From NCBI RefSeq assembly GCF_006345805.1, contig NC_042999.1, positions 59,024,001 to 59,088,000 of the forward strand: a stretch of 64,000 nucleotides of DNA. The letters run 5' to 3'. A program made the position numbers and the translations under genes. Shown one piece after another: positions 28,020-39,758 of this stretch. Below the pieces are notes generated by a model, which saw only the letters and a program-made list of their open reading frames with translations, made no database searches and was not told the DNA's origin. Numbering within the stretch: the stretch's first letter is position 1; each line of letters opens with the position of its first letter. Source of the DNA: Octopus sinensis (Eukaryota).

Positions 28020-28648
28020 TTAGGTCTGGTTCCCTGGGGAAGAGGAACCCTGGTGCAGTTAATTGTAAATTCCATAGTCTTTTCAAATGGCTAATAATGT
28101 GTGCCCGCGCCACTACTAGACGCATTGGGAAGCATTGTACAACCAAGTACTAAAGAAGATCTTTCCTCCTCCATCAAACAAAGCTGTTCCCGCTGGACGT
28201 CAACCCAGTATTTCTAAGCTACGGACCGAGTGATTTATTGTAAGGTTATCTCCCTAGATAGATTGCCTTCACTACGGCTAATACCTAAATCTGTTCAACA
28301 AAGGTTGAGTCTGACCCAGGGTTAAAAAATAACAAAATCATATTTTACCGGTTCAATGAAATATGCACATTGCTCATCGACCTGTTAGAAAAAGTAGCTC
28401 CAGTCTCTCTCAAACTATTTCAATTCGTTTATCGTTCATCTTATACTTGTTACTGTCATTGGAGTGCGGCTATACTGGGTTACTGTCTTGGAGTGTTTCA
28501 TCGAAATAATCGAGTCCAGTACATATTCTTTTAAAGTCTGGTGTATATTCTATCGTTTCCTTTTGTCGATCAGCTACTTTACGAGGAATTAAACAAACCA
28601 AAACAATTTGTCATGCAATGGTGAGACTAACACTCACACACATGCATA

Positions 28649-28736
<88 letters not shown>

Positions 28737-28912
28737 GTGTGTATGTGTGTGTGTGCCTGCGTGTGTGTGTGAGAGTGTGTTATTTTTAGTTAATCCCAAA
28801 CTCGAGGTTAACTCGAGTATCTATTTTTTTCCGAGGCACAAACCCAGACAAATTTGTTTATGGAACACCAGCAGTCAACCATGCATATGGCCTCCCCTCA
28901 TACGTACGTACA

Positions 28913-28946
<34 letters not shown>

Positions 28947-29173
28947 CATACATACATACATACATACATACATACATACATGCATGCATACATCTATATA
29001 TATACACATACATATGTCCTCTACGCATATATGCATATAATATATTATTTATTATATATATAAGTATATATATACACATAAATATGTATATTCACAAGCA
29101 CACACACACCTACACACGCACACAAATACACACTCAGACACACGCACATACACACACACACATATATATACAA

Positions 29174-29374
29174 ACGAGAGGGTGCTGCAAAGTTCGTTCC
29201 CTTAAGAGTATCGCGAAACGCCTTGCGCGATGCTCAACCTTCCGAGTTCTTTTACAGGGCTTAGAAAATCTCAAGGACCACTGCAATAAGTAATATGTGG
29301 AATAAAATCATAATTAACTGAACGTCCCCTATTTTCTTTCATCCAAAGCCGAGAAATTTTCACCACCCTGTCGT
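29174..29374. mobile_element. Mariner-derived MITE, about 200 bp
   Basis: Imperfect 22-bp TIRs (18/22 match): ACGAGAGGGTGCTGCAAAGTTC at 29174-29195 and 29353-29374. Same family as 57341-57520 in opposite orientation. Confidence 0.7.
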
Positions 29375-29994
29375 GCGCGTATATGTGTGTGTGTGTTTGT
29401 GTGCATGTGTGTATGTGTTTATGCATGTTTGTGCGTGTGTGTGTGCGTACTTGAATTACTAGAAATTTCATGTGAAATGCAGCATTCTTCAAATGATTTT
29501 TTACATTTGTTCTCTCAATTAACTATAATATTTAAGCCTTCCTTAACTGGAGCAGTGTGATATCACCATAGAAGTAAGCCGTTTTGCAGATTCATGCGTA
29601 CACATACTCGCACATAGCTCGTCACAGAGAACAACCAATAGCGTAAGTATTATATATCTAAATTTTCACACACCATTGTTCGATTAAAATATCTTAGAAA
29701 AATTCGTTGCATGCACCGAGAAGCTGACATATTCCTCCGTGCTTGCACAATGAGAAATGGACATCATGCTGTTACAGGACACTTGAAAAAAATCTATTTG
29801 TGAAAAGACATTTACTAGAACCATATGAGTCTAAAGAATACTGTACTCAACACGGAAATTAAAGGTACGGAATGTATTTTTCATTTTCTATATTATAATA
29901 AATAGATTAACTGCATTGAATATATTGAGTCCTCATATATTTATTGGACAACCACCTTCTCTCAGCTGTCCCCGCCTTTTCTTCCTCTGTATAT

Positions 29995-30073
<79 letters not shown>

Positions 30074-30229
30074 TGTATGTATATGTATGTATATATATAT
30101 GTATATATATATGTATATATACATATATACATATATATATATATACACACACATACATATATATATATATATAAACACACACACACGCACACACACACAC
30201 GCACACACACACACCACACACACACACAA

Positions 30230-30271
<42 letters not shown>

Positions 30272-31315
30272 TATATATATGCGTATAAGAACGTATGAGC
30301 ACTATGTGGACATCCAATATGCTAGAAATAGATCACCTACCATTTAACCAGAAAGGAAAAGTATATTCTCTAGAAAAATTCAGCAAACACCAGAACATAA
30401 GCGGGTAAAACAAATGAAAATATACAAAATATAGAATTAATCGGAGGCTACTTTCGCTATTAACGATTTTACTTACGTAACAAAGTCCGTGGCTCCTCAG
30501 TACGACCGTTCTAATTCAATATAATTTGTAGAACTATACACAGATTGTCCTCATAAAATTAGACGTGTGTACAGTTCTACCGATCACATTGGGGTACACA
30601 TATGTTCATACCTACATAGTTATGTACATATATGTATGTATATATGCATGTATTGATATATTATTTATTATATTGTATGATCGAAAGCCATGCACCCTTT
30701 TCCAAGTTTTATATATATATATATATATAATTATTATTTGAGGGAATAAAATCCAAACTTACAAGGAGAAAAAATTCAATTTAGAAATACTAAATCAAAT
30801 TCCACACAATATAAATATATAAAAAATATTAGAAACAATCCACCTTTTATCAATTCAAAATGAATAATTAAATTACACCATCTAGAAAATTACATATAAT
30901 AGAAAAGTTTAAATTAAAATAACAATAAAAAGTAAAGATTAAGTAAATTACAAAAATAATAAAAATACTGGTAAATCACATAATGGCCAATAGGAGGTTG
31001 GTCTCCACAGCATATCAGTAAATAAATAATTGTAATTAATAGATGTACATTTTATTAGGATAAACGATTAATTAGAACTGTTAACATGATCTTATGAACA
31101 ATTTTGATTACTTCTAAACGTTATGGCACTATCTTTTTCTAGACCTGTTGGCGTATCCCGTTATGGTAAAGTCTTTATTTTACTTTTTTACTACTTAAAC
31201 ACAGTTTCCCCTATAAAAAGTCAACCCACCAATTAATATTTTCAGTTTAGTCACTTACTCAGGACCTGAAGTGTATCATATGCATAATCATATGCATATG
31301 ATTTAAATATATTAA

Positions 31316-31495
31316 GCCTTCTTCTTCTTCTTCTTCTTCTTCTTCTTCTTCTTTTCTTCTTCTTCTTCTTCTTCTTCTTCTTCTTCTTCTTTTCTTCTTC
31401 TTCTTCTTCTCTTCTTCTTCTTCTTCTTCTTCTTCTTCTTCTTCTTCTTCTTCTTCTTCTTCTTCTTTTCTTCTTCTTCTTCTTCTTCTTCATTT
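31316..31495. repeat. (CTT)n/(GAA)n trinucleotide array
   Basis: About 180 bp of pure pyrimidine strand with a few slips. Confidence 0.97.
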
Positions 31496-31699
31496 TCTTT
31501 TCTTTTATGTACTTTTCCTTCACACTGAAGAAGCTCCATGTTCCAGATCAGATGCGTTAGAAAATATTATTTTCAGATGTTTCAGTGGCAGCACCGTGGA
31601 GCACTGGAAGCAGAAACGGGTGTTAGATTGTATAAGGTCTATTTATATTAAAAAGTAATAATTGATGTTAGTCAATTGTTGTTGATCAATATTTCTCCA

Positions 31700-31909
31700 T
31701 ACTCTTTTACTTGTTTCAGCCATTTGACTGTGGCTATGCTGGAGCACCGCCTTTAGTCACGCACATCGACCCCAGGACGTGTTCTTTGTAAACCTAGTAC
31801 TTATTCTATCGGTAACCTAGCCGGACCGCTAAGTTACGGGGACGTAAACACACCAGCATCGGTTGTCAAGCGATGTTGGGGGAGGACAAACACAGACACA
31901 CGAACATAT

Positions 31910-31987
<78 letters not shown>

Positions 31988-32243
31988 TGTATCATATCTA
32001 AATTAACTATGACTTAACTATCCTCTCACGAGTCTCCGATGAATAATATCCTAGAAACAGGTGTAAAATCTTCTATCTATAAATGCTCTAATATCTATAC
32101 AGCCTTGGGTTTTTATCTTATTACGCAAAATATTCGTATATATATACATATACATATATACGACGTGCTTCTTTCGGTTTCCGTCTAACAAATCCACCCA
32201 CAAGGCTTTAGTCGGCTCGAGGCTATAACAGAAGACACTTGCC
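31700..32243 (-). mobile_element. SINE family B copy, interrupted and headless
   Basis: 3' half 31700-31905, (TA)n, ~150 bp unrelated insert, then 32161-32243 ending at the next SINE. Confidence 0.82.
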
Positions 32244-32249
32244 TATAGA

Positions 32250-32401
32250 GCGGCTGTGTGGTAAGTAGCTTGCATACGAAACACATAGTTCCGGGTTCAG
32301 CCCACTGCGTGGCAACTTGGACAGGTGTTTTCTACAATAGCCTCGGGCCGACTAAAGTCTTGTGAGTGGATTTGGTAGACGGAAACTGAAAGAAGCCCGT
32401 C

Positions 32402-32456
<55 letters not shown>

Positions 32457-32680
32457 TATTTGTGTGTGTGTATGTGTTTGTGTGTCTGTGTTTGTCCCCC
32501 CAACATCACTTGACAACCGATTTCGGCGTGTTCACGTCCCCGTAACTTAGCGGCTCGGCAAAAGCGACCGATCGAGTAAGTACTAGGCTTACAACAAATA
32601 AGTCCTGGAGTCTATTTGCTGACTAAAGGCGGTGCTGCAGCATGGCCGCAGTCAAATGACTGAAACAAGTAAAAGAATAA
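32250..32680 (+). mobile_element. SINE family B, full-length
   Basis: Full family match with internal (TA)n at about 32403-32460. Confidence 0.92.
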
Positions 32681-32976
32681 TATATATATATATATATATA
32701 TATAGTATTTTCCCTCCATGCCTACGTGAATTGTTTTTGAGTATACATTGTCAAGGAGACTCTTCTTATAGTAGGAGAAATAGCTAAATTCTTTGGCTGC
32801 TCTTTCTAAAAGTTCGGTGTGTGGTAAAGTAAATTTTTTTGCTGAACCCTAATTATATAAAGTAATGTTTAAATATACCGTAAATGGTCCTTTTACATAC
32901 TGAACACTGGTTCGTAAAATTATTAATTACTAATTAATTAATTTTACCCTTATTATTATTATATATATATATATTA

Positions 32977-33027
<51 letters not shown>

Positions 33028-34610
33028 ATATATATATTATATATATGTATGTATGTATGTATATGTGCGTCTGTGTCTACGCATAGTTTCTCCCTACTAA
33101 ATTGTAAGTAAAAGATATTGTTTAATATGTAGTTACAAGGTTATTGCGCTACGTAGGATGGAAACGGAAGCACATGGTTGTGAAGTGAACTTCTTGAGCA
33201 AACAGCCATGTCTGTGTCTACGGTGGGAATTAATATATCTCTGTCTACGACCGGCCGCTTGATATGAACAGCCGACATAAAGGAGGCTGTCTGTTATGCT
33301 TTTTGAATTTGTTCATCTGTAGTCATTTGTTGGTATGTACGGATATGTTAGTATGTATATGGTGTATGTATGCATACGTGTGTTTGGAACGGAAACAGCA
33401 AACTAAATAGACTTTAAGAAAATGAAAAGAAAGGAAAGAACAAATTAAGAAAGATTTGGCCAACACAACGTAGAAAACACATGAGAAATGATGAAATGTA
33501 TACTGTTATGTTGTATGGTTCGATCTAAAAATACCATTTAACATTTTTAATGGAAGATATTTGTTTGAAGTTTGACGAAGATTCCGCTAAACTAACCGCT
33601 ATGAAGCATTACATTGTATTATGGACGGGCCAATAACCGAACGTTACTGGTTGCATACTAGACGTTCAGCAATAGAAATAGTAACTCTATCGCTCTGGTA
33701 AAAGAAAAGAAAAGAAATTAAGGGGAAATAACTCAATGGTATGGATTTTGATTGCTAATATTTCTAAATTACTAAGAGGAGATAATTTTCTAGAGAGTTA
33801 TAGGGACAAATCTGACTTTGTTTGCAATTTCATATTTTTATAGGAAACGTAAGTCTTGTGACCAAGGCACCTTGTGCCATTAGTATGCTAGATCAGGGAT
33901 AAACAACGACAACGGTCTACCTAAAGCTCAAAATGTATCATTAGAAATATATGCGTATATTGTCTTATTCTCACCTAGTCCCACATCAACCTTGATGGAT
34001 TAAACCTACAACATCCATGATCATCACATATTACTTTTTAATCAGTGCGTCCAGAGCAACTAGCCTATGTCCTACACATGTCTCAACATCGTAAAGTCCC
34101 ATATAACAGATACTTATTTTATCGATTCAAGAAGAATGAAATGTGAAGTCAAACTTTCCAGTATTTGAACTCTGAATGTTATAACGATGCAAACTGTTTT
34201 GTTTGACGCTCTAGCAACTCTGTCAATCCGACCCTCAAACAAGAACATACTAACTATAATATAACAGTATTACTTAAAACTGAAACTGATTTGAGTGAAA
34301 CATATTTGGATATTGTCGGTCTATCTAGACCTGAAGATAAAAAAAAAGATGATGGTCACGGATAACAGACCTTTGATCATGTAACGTTGTATTATGAAAG
34401 TGAAAACACTGTTATTGGTTTTATGAAACAAAATGAATCAATAATGTCAAAATATTATTGTCTGCTGCCATATTAGATATTTGAAATGTATATCTGTTGG
34501 TATGTATATGTCTATGTACGTGGTTATGTACAGGGTATGTATAAAGGCTTCTATGTGTATATGCATTTATGAGTGCATCATGTATATATCTGTACGTGTG
34601 AATGTATCTG

Positions 34611-34665
<55 letters not shown>

Positions 34666-35290
34666 TGTGTGTGTGTGTGTGTATAATACATATATTTGTC
34701 TGGTTATGTATGTTTAAACATCTGTATGTTCCTGCGTGGGGAAGCCGGAGAGCGTGAATGAACATGTGTATATATATATATGCATTTCACGGTGTATTTG
34801 TTTAATGAGGTTTTGTGTGCTTGCGACGCTGCTAGCATCTATAGTTATGTATATGTGTTCGTACACAAATGCGTGTGAGTGTGCGCGTATGTGTACGTTT
34901 GTGTGCGTAGCGCGTTTAGGTGTGTGTACGTGTGTGTGCCTGGTATGCTTACATTACATAAATGATCATTTCGTATGTAGAAATATAAGTGTATCTCTTG
35001 ATAGCTGGGTGTTGTTGCTATGCTTTAGGCATAAATCAGTCGCTAACACGCAGACCATAAGATCAAAAGCATTCCACACATGACCACTCCTACTTAGTTG
35101 TATGCACGACTAAATTATCCTATTAGTAATTTTAGCAAGAAACTAGATTATTGTTTGAATTAGATTTTGCTTCTATATCTAGCAGTTCGAAGCGCTCATT
35201 CGAGTATGAACATGTCATAGTAAGCCAGCGTGAGAGTACATGAATGTGAATATGCTTGTATATACTCAGTACGTGATATATGTGTTACAG

Positions 35291-35348
<58 letters not shown>

Positions 35349-36013
35349 ATATTTGGTGTGTGTTTGTGTGTGTGTGGGGGGGGAGAGTGAGTGAGTGAGA
35401 GAGAGAGAGAGGAAGACTGAATATACACACGCACGCGTGTATATTTCCATATATGTATATAAAACCCGAACAAAAGATTAACCCAAAATCCAGACAATCC
35501 TATCCGTGAAATTAGTTCAGAATTTTAGACTCTGTAAGATAACTTCCTAAGCGTCGATCCTTGTATTCAGTGCTAGTCTGTTTTTGATCTATCTCTTCCT
35601 TTCAGTTGTTGTAACATCGAAGAAGGATTACAAGGTAAAGCACGCCTGAAGGTATTTTTCCTCGAACGATGCTACATTTTATCATCGGCTGAGGAAATGT
35701 TAAAATAAGTTCTTGAAACTATGCATGTTCCAAGAAGACTGAACTATTTAGCTTTAATAGTTATCATGAAATAGCACTTTGTTCAGCTTTGGTTCATTTG
35801 TATTTCATATACAACAGTCTTAGAATACATATTCTTTAATTATCCCTAAATAATTGCTTGACCATAGTCGAATAGATTTGCTTCCGTTTTGCATGAAATT
35901 TTCGGTGCTTATGCAGATTGGTTGTTGGTATACACAAACTTATGTTCGTATGGACATATCATAAAGGTACTTCCTGAGCCATATGCTCATAAATCTGGTT
36001 TCCCAGATTCTAT

Positions 36014-36064
<51 letters not shown>

Positions 36065-36118
36065 CAAATTTACAGAAAATCAGTCGTATTAGTGTGACAC
36101 TCGGACAGAAGGAAAAAA

Positions 36119-36156
36119 TCCTTAACGTTTCGAACCGGCGCTCTTCGTCAGAAAAG
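36119..36156 (-). ncRNA. Minimal type I hammerhead ribozyme (Penelope-like type), intact core
   Basis: Sense CUUUU-CUGACGA-A-GAGC-GCCG-GUUC-GAAA-CG-U-U-AAGG: full conserved core, 4-bp helix II, palindromic ACGU helix III, GUU cleavage triplet, 4-bp helix I with two GU pairs. Confidence 0.72.
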
Positions 36157-39100
36157 TGTGAGGGAAAAAAGAAAAAAAAAGAGAGAAAAAATGTGAAGAG
36201 ATTAACGATTTAGCATGATGGTGGTGGTAGTATTTTCTGAAACAAAGCTTAACCACTTCAAGCACAAATGTATGGTTTGCTCCTCAAGTGAGAACCGATA
36301 TGGCTTTTGAGCCCGAAGACTCTTTAAAGATTTCCTAGAAATATTTCTAACGTGTTTCTGGGGAGAGTCATTTTCTTTTTGTGCCTTATAATGTAATACC
36401 CTCAGCGGTAAAATTTCACTTATTTCTTTTTTTTAATCTCCTAAACTTTTCCTGGCGTCTTGCAACCTTTTCAATAGTTTTGACTCTCAACAAAAGGTTG
36501 CAAGACGCAACGAAAATTTTAGGATAATAAAAATAAGAAATAAGTGGAAATTTTACTGGTGAGTGTGTAACATTATAAGGCTCAAAAAGAAGATGACTTA
36601 CCCCAGACACAACAGAATATGCTTCAACATACGAACTCCTATAAAGAATCTTGCAAACCAAATCCAAAAACAAAATATTTCTAACGTGTATTTACTAAAT
36701 TATTTTGATACATTATTTTGAAATAGTTTGTGGTTACAGATGACGGTTGAGAATTTTTGCTATTGTACTAGATGTACCAGTGCGGATTGAGTATATTTTA
36801 AGAGGGTAAGACTTACACTGCACCATTTTTGAATATTAGTCTGTCTGTTGTGTTGACACGGGTTGCTTAGTAGCCTCCTGAATTAGTTGTTGTTCGATCT
36901 TGCATTCAAATCTGGATTCTTATTTTATGTTTTTGTTTTCTATATCATGGTGTCTATGGAAGCCCAGGGCTTGCGACCGTAATAAAATACAGATCATCAA
37001 GATCTTGCAGTTTTAAGTTCCATGGAATACTGATGGAACTGACGACCCTCAGCGACAACACTAATCACTATCAAATTTTGTGTAGATATTCATATGTGCG
37101 TGTGTCGTGTCCTCGTATTGGCCTCTGACTAGGATTGCAATATAGAAAGTGTTCTCTTTTTAAAACTACTTTGCGTGTAATGAAACGGATTTAGTTGGTT
37201 TATAGGTGTGTTTAAAAATGTATCTGAAGTGATGCAATAATTCCGAGATGAAATCTTATATATTGTATTTACTCTAGAGAATTTTGATCGCTGGATGCCA
37301 AGCAGAAGCGTAAACTACGAAGGTGGTAGAATCAGATGGTCATTATTTTTCACTTGCATTGTATTCTCTTATCTATATATTTCGCAATGTAGAAATAGAA
37401 AGAATACAACCTCTGTTATCATTTCACGAAGCTTAATTAAATTAACTGAGGGAATGTCTGGAGGAAAATTAACAGATCTTGTTTCCAAAAATGTTACAAA
37501 AGAGAATCAAACGTTCCATTAATCTCTGACGTCACGGTGCTAATAATATTTGTTTTGAATTGTTCACGTGGTTTCTTTCATGAAATGATATTTTTTACCA
37601 TAGATTCTGGACGATAGCATGGCTACACTCTATCTAAATCAGACGAATATAATTACGGTCAAATGTTTACGAAATTCGCTTCCGAATCGCTGACATGAAT
37701 CTTGATCCTATTGCAGAGTGTGGTACATTAAAGTTTTTATTAATGTGTGTGCACATTTATGTCTTTTACTTCTTTATTGTGCTTAGGTAATAGATTCTGG
37801 TAGATAAATACCTGCCTTATGGACAAAAGGTTTCCATGTATTTGTCTTCTGCGTAAAATGATCGATGTCTAGGGTTCATTATACTTGCTAACGATGCGAT
37901 TTAATCTTTATTCATAACACTGTAGTTTCACATATGAAAATATAGACTGCAATATTTTTCTTTTTGATATTATTGTTGTGTCGTCTATAATATCATATTT
38001 ACTATTTTATTCTTATTACTGTTATTTGCTACAGTATGGAGATGCGAGCCATAAATAATTATTGTAGCTTTTATTTTGTTTAGAAATAGTTTTGCTGTTT
38101 TCCATAATAATATTTCGTAAAGCAGGTGCTCTGATAGCTCTGATATTAGGTTAACATGTGTCACAGGAATGATTTACAGCGCCATATTCCGCTACAGTGT
38201 ACGGCAAAAAGTATTAGAATCCGGATGTTCAAGGATCGATTTGAAATCCCATCTGAATATGCCGCCAGCAATTAATGCTAATATTAATTATTCTCTCAAA
38301 TTTTGACACAAGTGATGCAATTTTGAAGGGAAGGTTGCTATGGTCTGAACTCTTTGTATGACCATCCTCCCTGTACATAACTCCTTGTCCCCATACATCG
38401 CCTTGCCTTTGCTTTTTGAACCAATAAAAAGTGATTGAATTGATTGATTGATGTTATCGACCCCCGAATGTACGAAGGACAAAGATGACCTCGGCGGCAT
38501 TTAAACTCGCAACATAAAGATGCAGAAAAGATTCTGTCAGCGCATTGCCTCTTTCTGATTTAGCAAGAGGACCTCGATTGGGAATCCAGACGATCTTATG
38601 ACGTTGCGAGCTCATCGCCATATGTTCCTGAATAATGAAAGTATTGCCTCTATAATAATAGATTCCGATTAGAAGCCCAAATCCAGGAAATTTCAAAGAA
38701 GGAGATTTGTTGATACCACCATCTACGCTACTACTTCACTGCTACATTATTTTATCCACCCGCAAATGATCAAGGACAAAGCTGGCCTCGGAGTGATTTC
38801 AACGTAAAAAGTAGGAACGAATAGAACTTTCTTCATATTCGTTTCGACGAATGCTGAGTATGGTCTTCGATGCTTTAACAAAACTAACAACGTACCACAC
38901 TGAATTTTTTTCTAATTCAGGCATTAGGCATGAAATTTGAAGGTGATGTGGTCAGTGGACTACCTTAACCCGAATATTTCCAAAGAACTTAACTTTTTCG
39001 AGCCGGGATGAATGAAAGTAAAAACTGATTCCGTTGCGTTTCGAAATTTATATAACTAAATAATAAAGTAGTGCATTTAGTACGACTCTTTAACATTTCT

Positions 39101-39506
39101 GCTAATTCACTAACCTAAAGTCTTATAAGAAACAGAGATTACAGTAGAGATATGGTGAATTTTATAGTCGTGAATGCAATTCCTGTAGCGATGACAATGT
39201 TTTAAATACAATCATTTAATAAAAGTATTGAGTATAAAAAACGAAACATATGTAGTAAATGAAAAATCTGAAAGTAATGAGAAAAGAAAAATTTTGAGTA
39301 AAAATGCAAAAAATGTTGATAAATGTTGATTGCACCACCACGTGGAATCTGTTGAGACTAGTAAGAAATAATTATGAACATTTCTTTTATTACACTTAAC
39401 TTTAAAAATATATATTTTTGATAAGGTTCGTTTTTTTTTTAAGAACCGAAACATGTAAAATCTTTCAGAAAATTAAAATTTATCTTATATAGTGGCGTTT
39501 TCAAAC

Positions 39507-39554
<48 letters not shown>

Positions 39555-39716
39555 TATATATATATGAGGATATTTGCAGAATCGGAGGGAACTAAACATA
39601 GCATAATAAAAGAAAATATGATTATAGTACATCTTAATTGTAGAGCTTGTCGTAATATATGTGTTTTGTATATATGCATGTAGGTATATATACAATGCTA
39701 TGTATGTATGTATGTA

Positions 39717-39758
<42 letters not shown>

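Larger units (their letters stand above)
24957..28297 (-). mobile_element. Near full-length RTE-clade LINE (APE endonuclease + reverse transcriptase), about 3.3 kb, with (TGA)n tail
   Basis: One frame runs from 28019: APE motifs (STFNART, AVQEHR, GGIGF, CVYSP, AGDLNAR, QIDY, SDH), then RT motifs (NYRGISL, QNGFR, FVDFSKAFDSV, GILQGDTLAP, FADD, YKYLGS). The 3' end is four TGA triplets (24958-24969). The 5' region near 28240-28297 (sense TTAGCCGTAGTGAAGGCAATCTATCTAGGGAGA) resembles RTE 5' UTR motifs as I recall them. The 5' boundary is approximate and no TSD was found. Confidence 0.93.

Noticed and set aside
24940-28320. Target-site duplication for the RTE
   Set aside because: Only a 6-bp AAAGGT match at uncertain boundaries; not convincing.
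28200-28330. HDV-like ribozyme at the RTE 5' end
   Set aside because: A possible P1 (GGUAUU/AAUACU followed by GG) exists, but I could not place P3/L3 or P2; unsupported without a structure search.
31251-31539. Poly-K/R/E ORFs
   Set aside because: Translation of the (GAA)n array.
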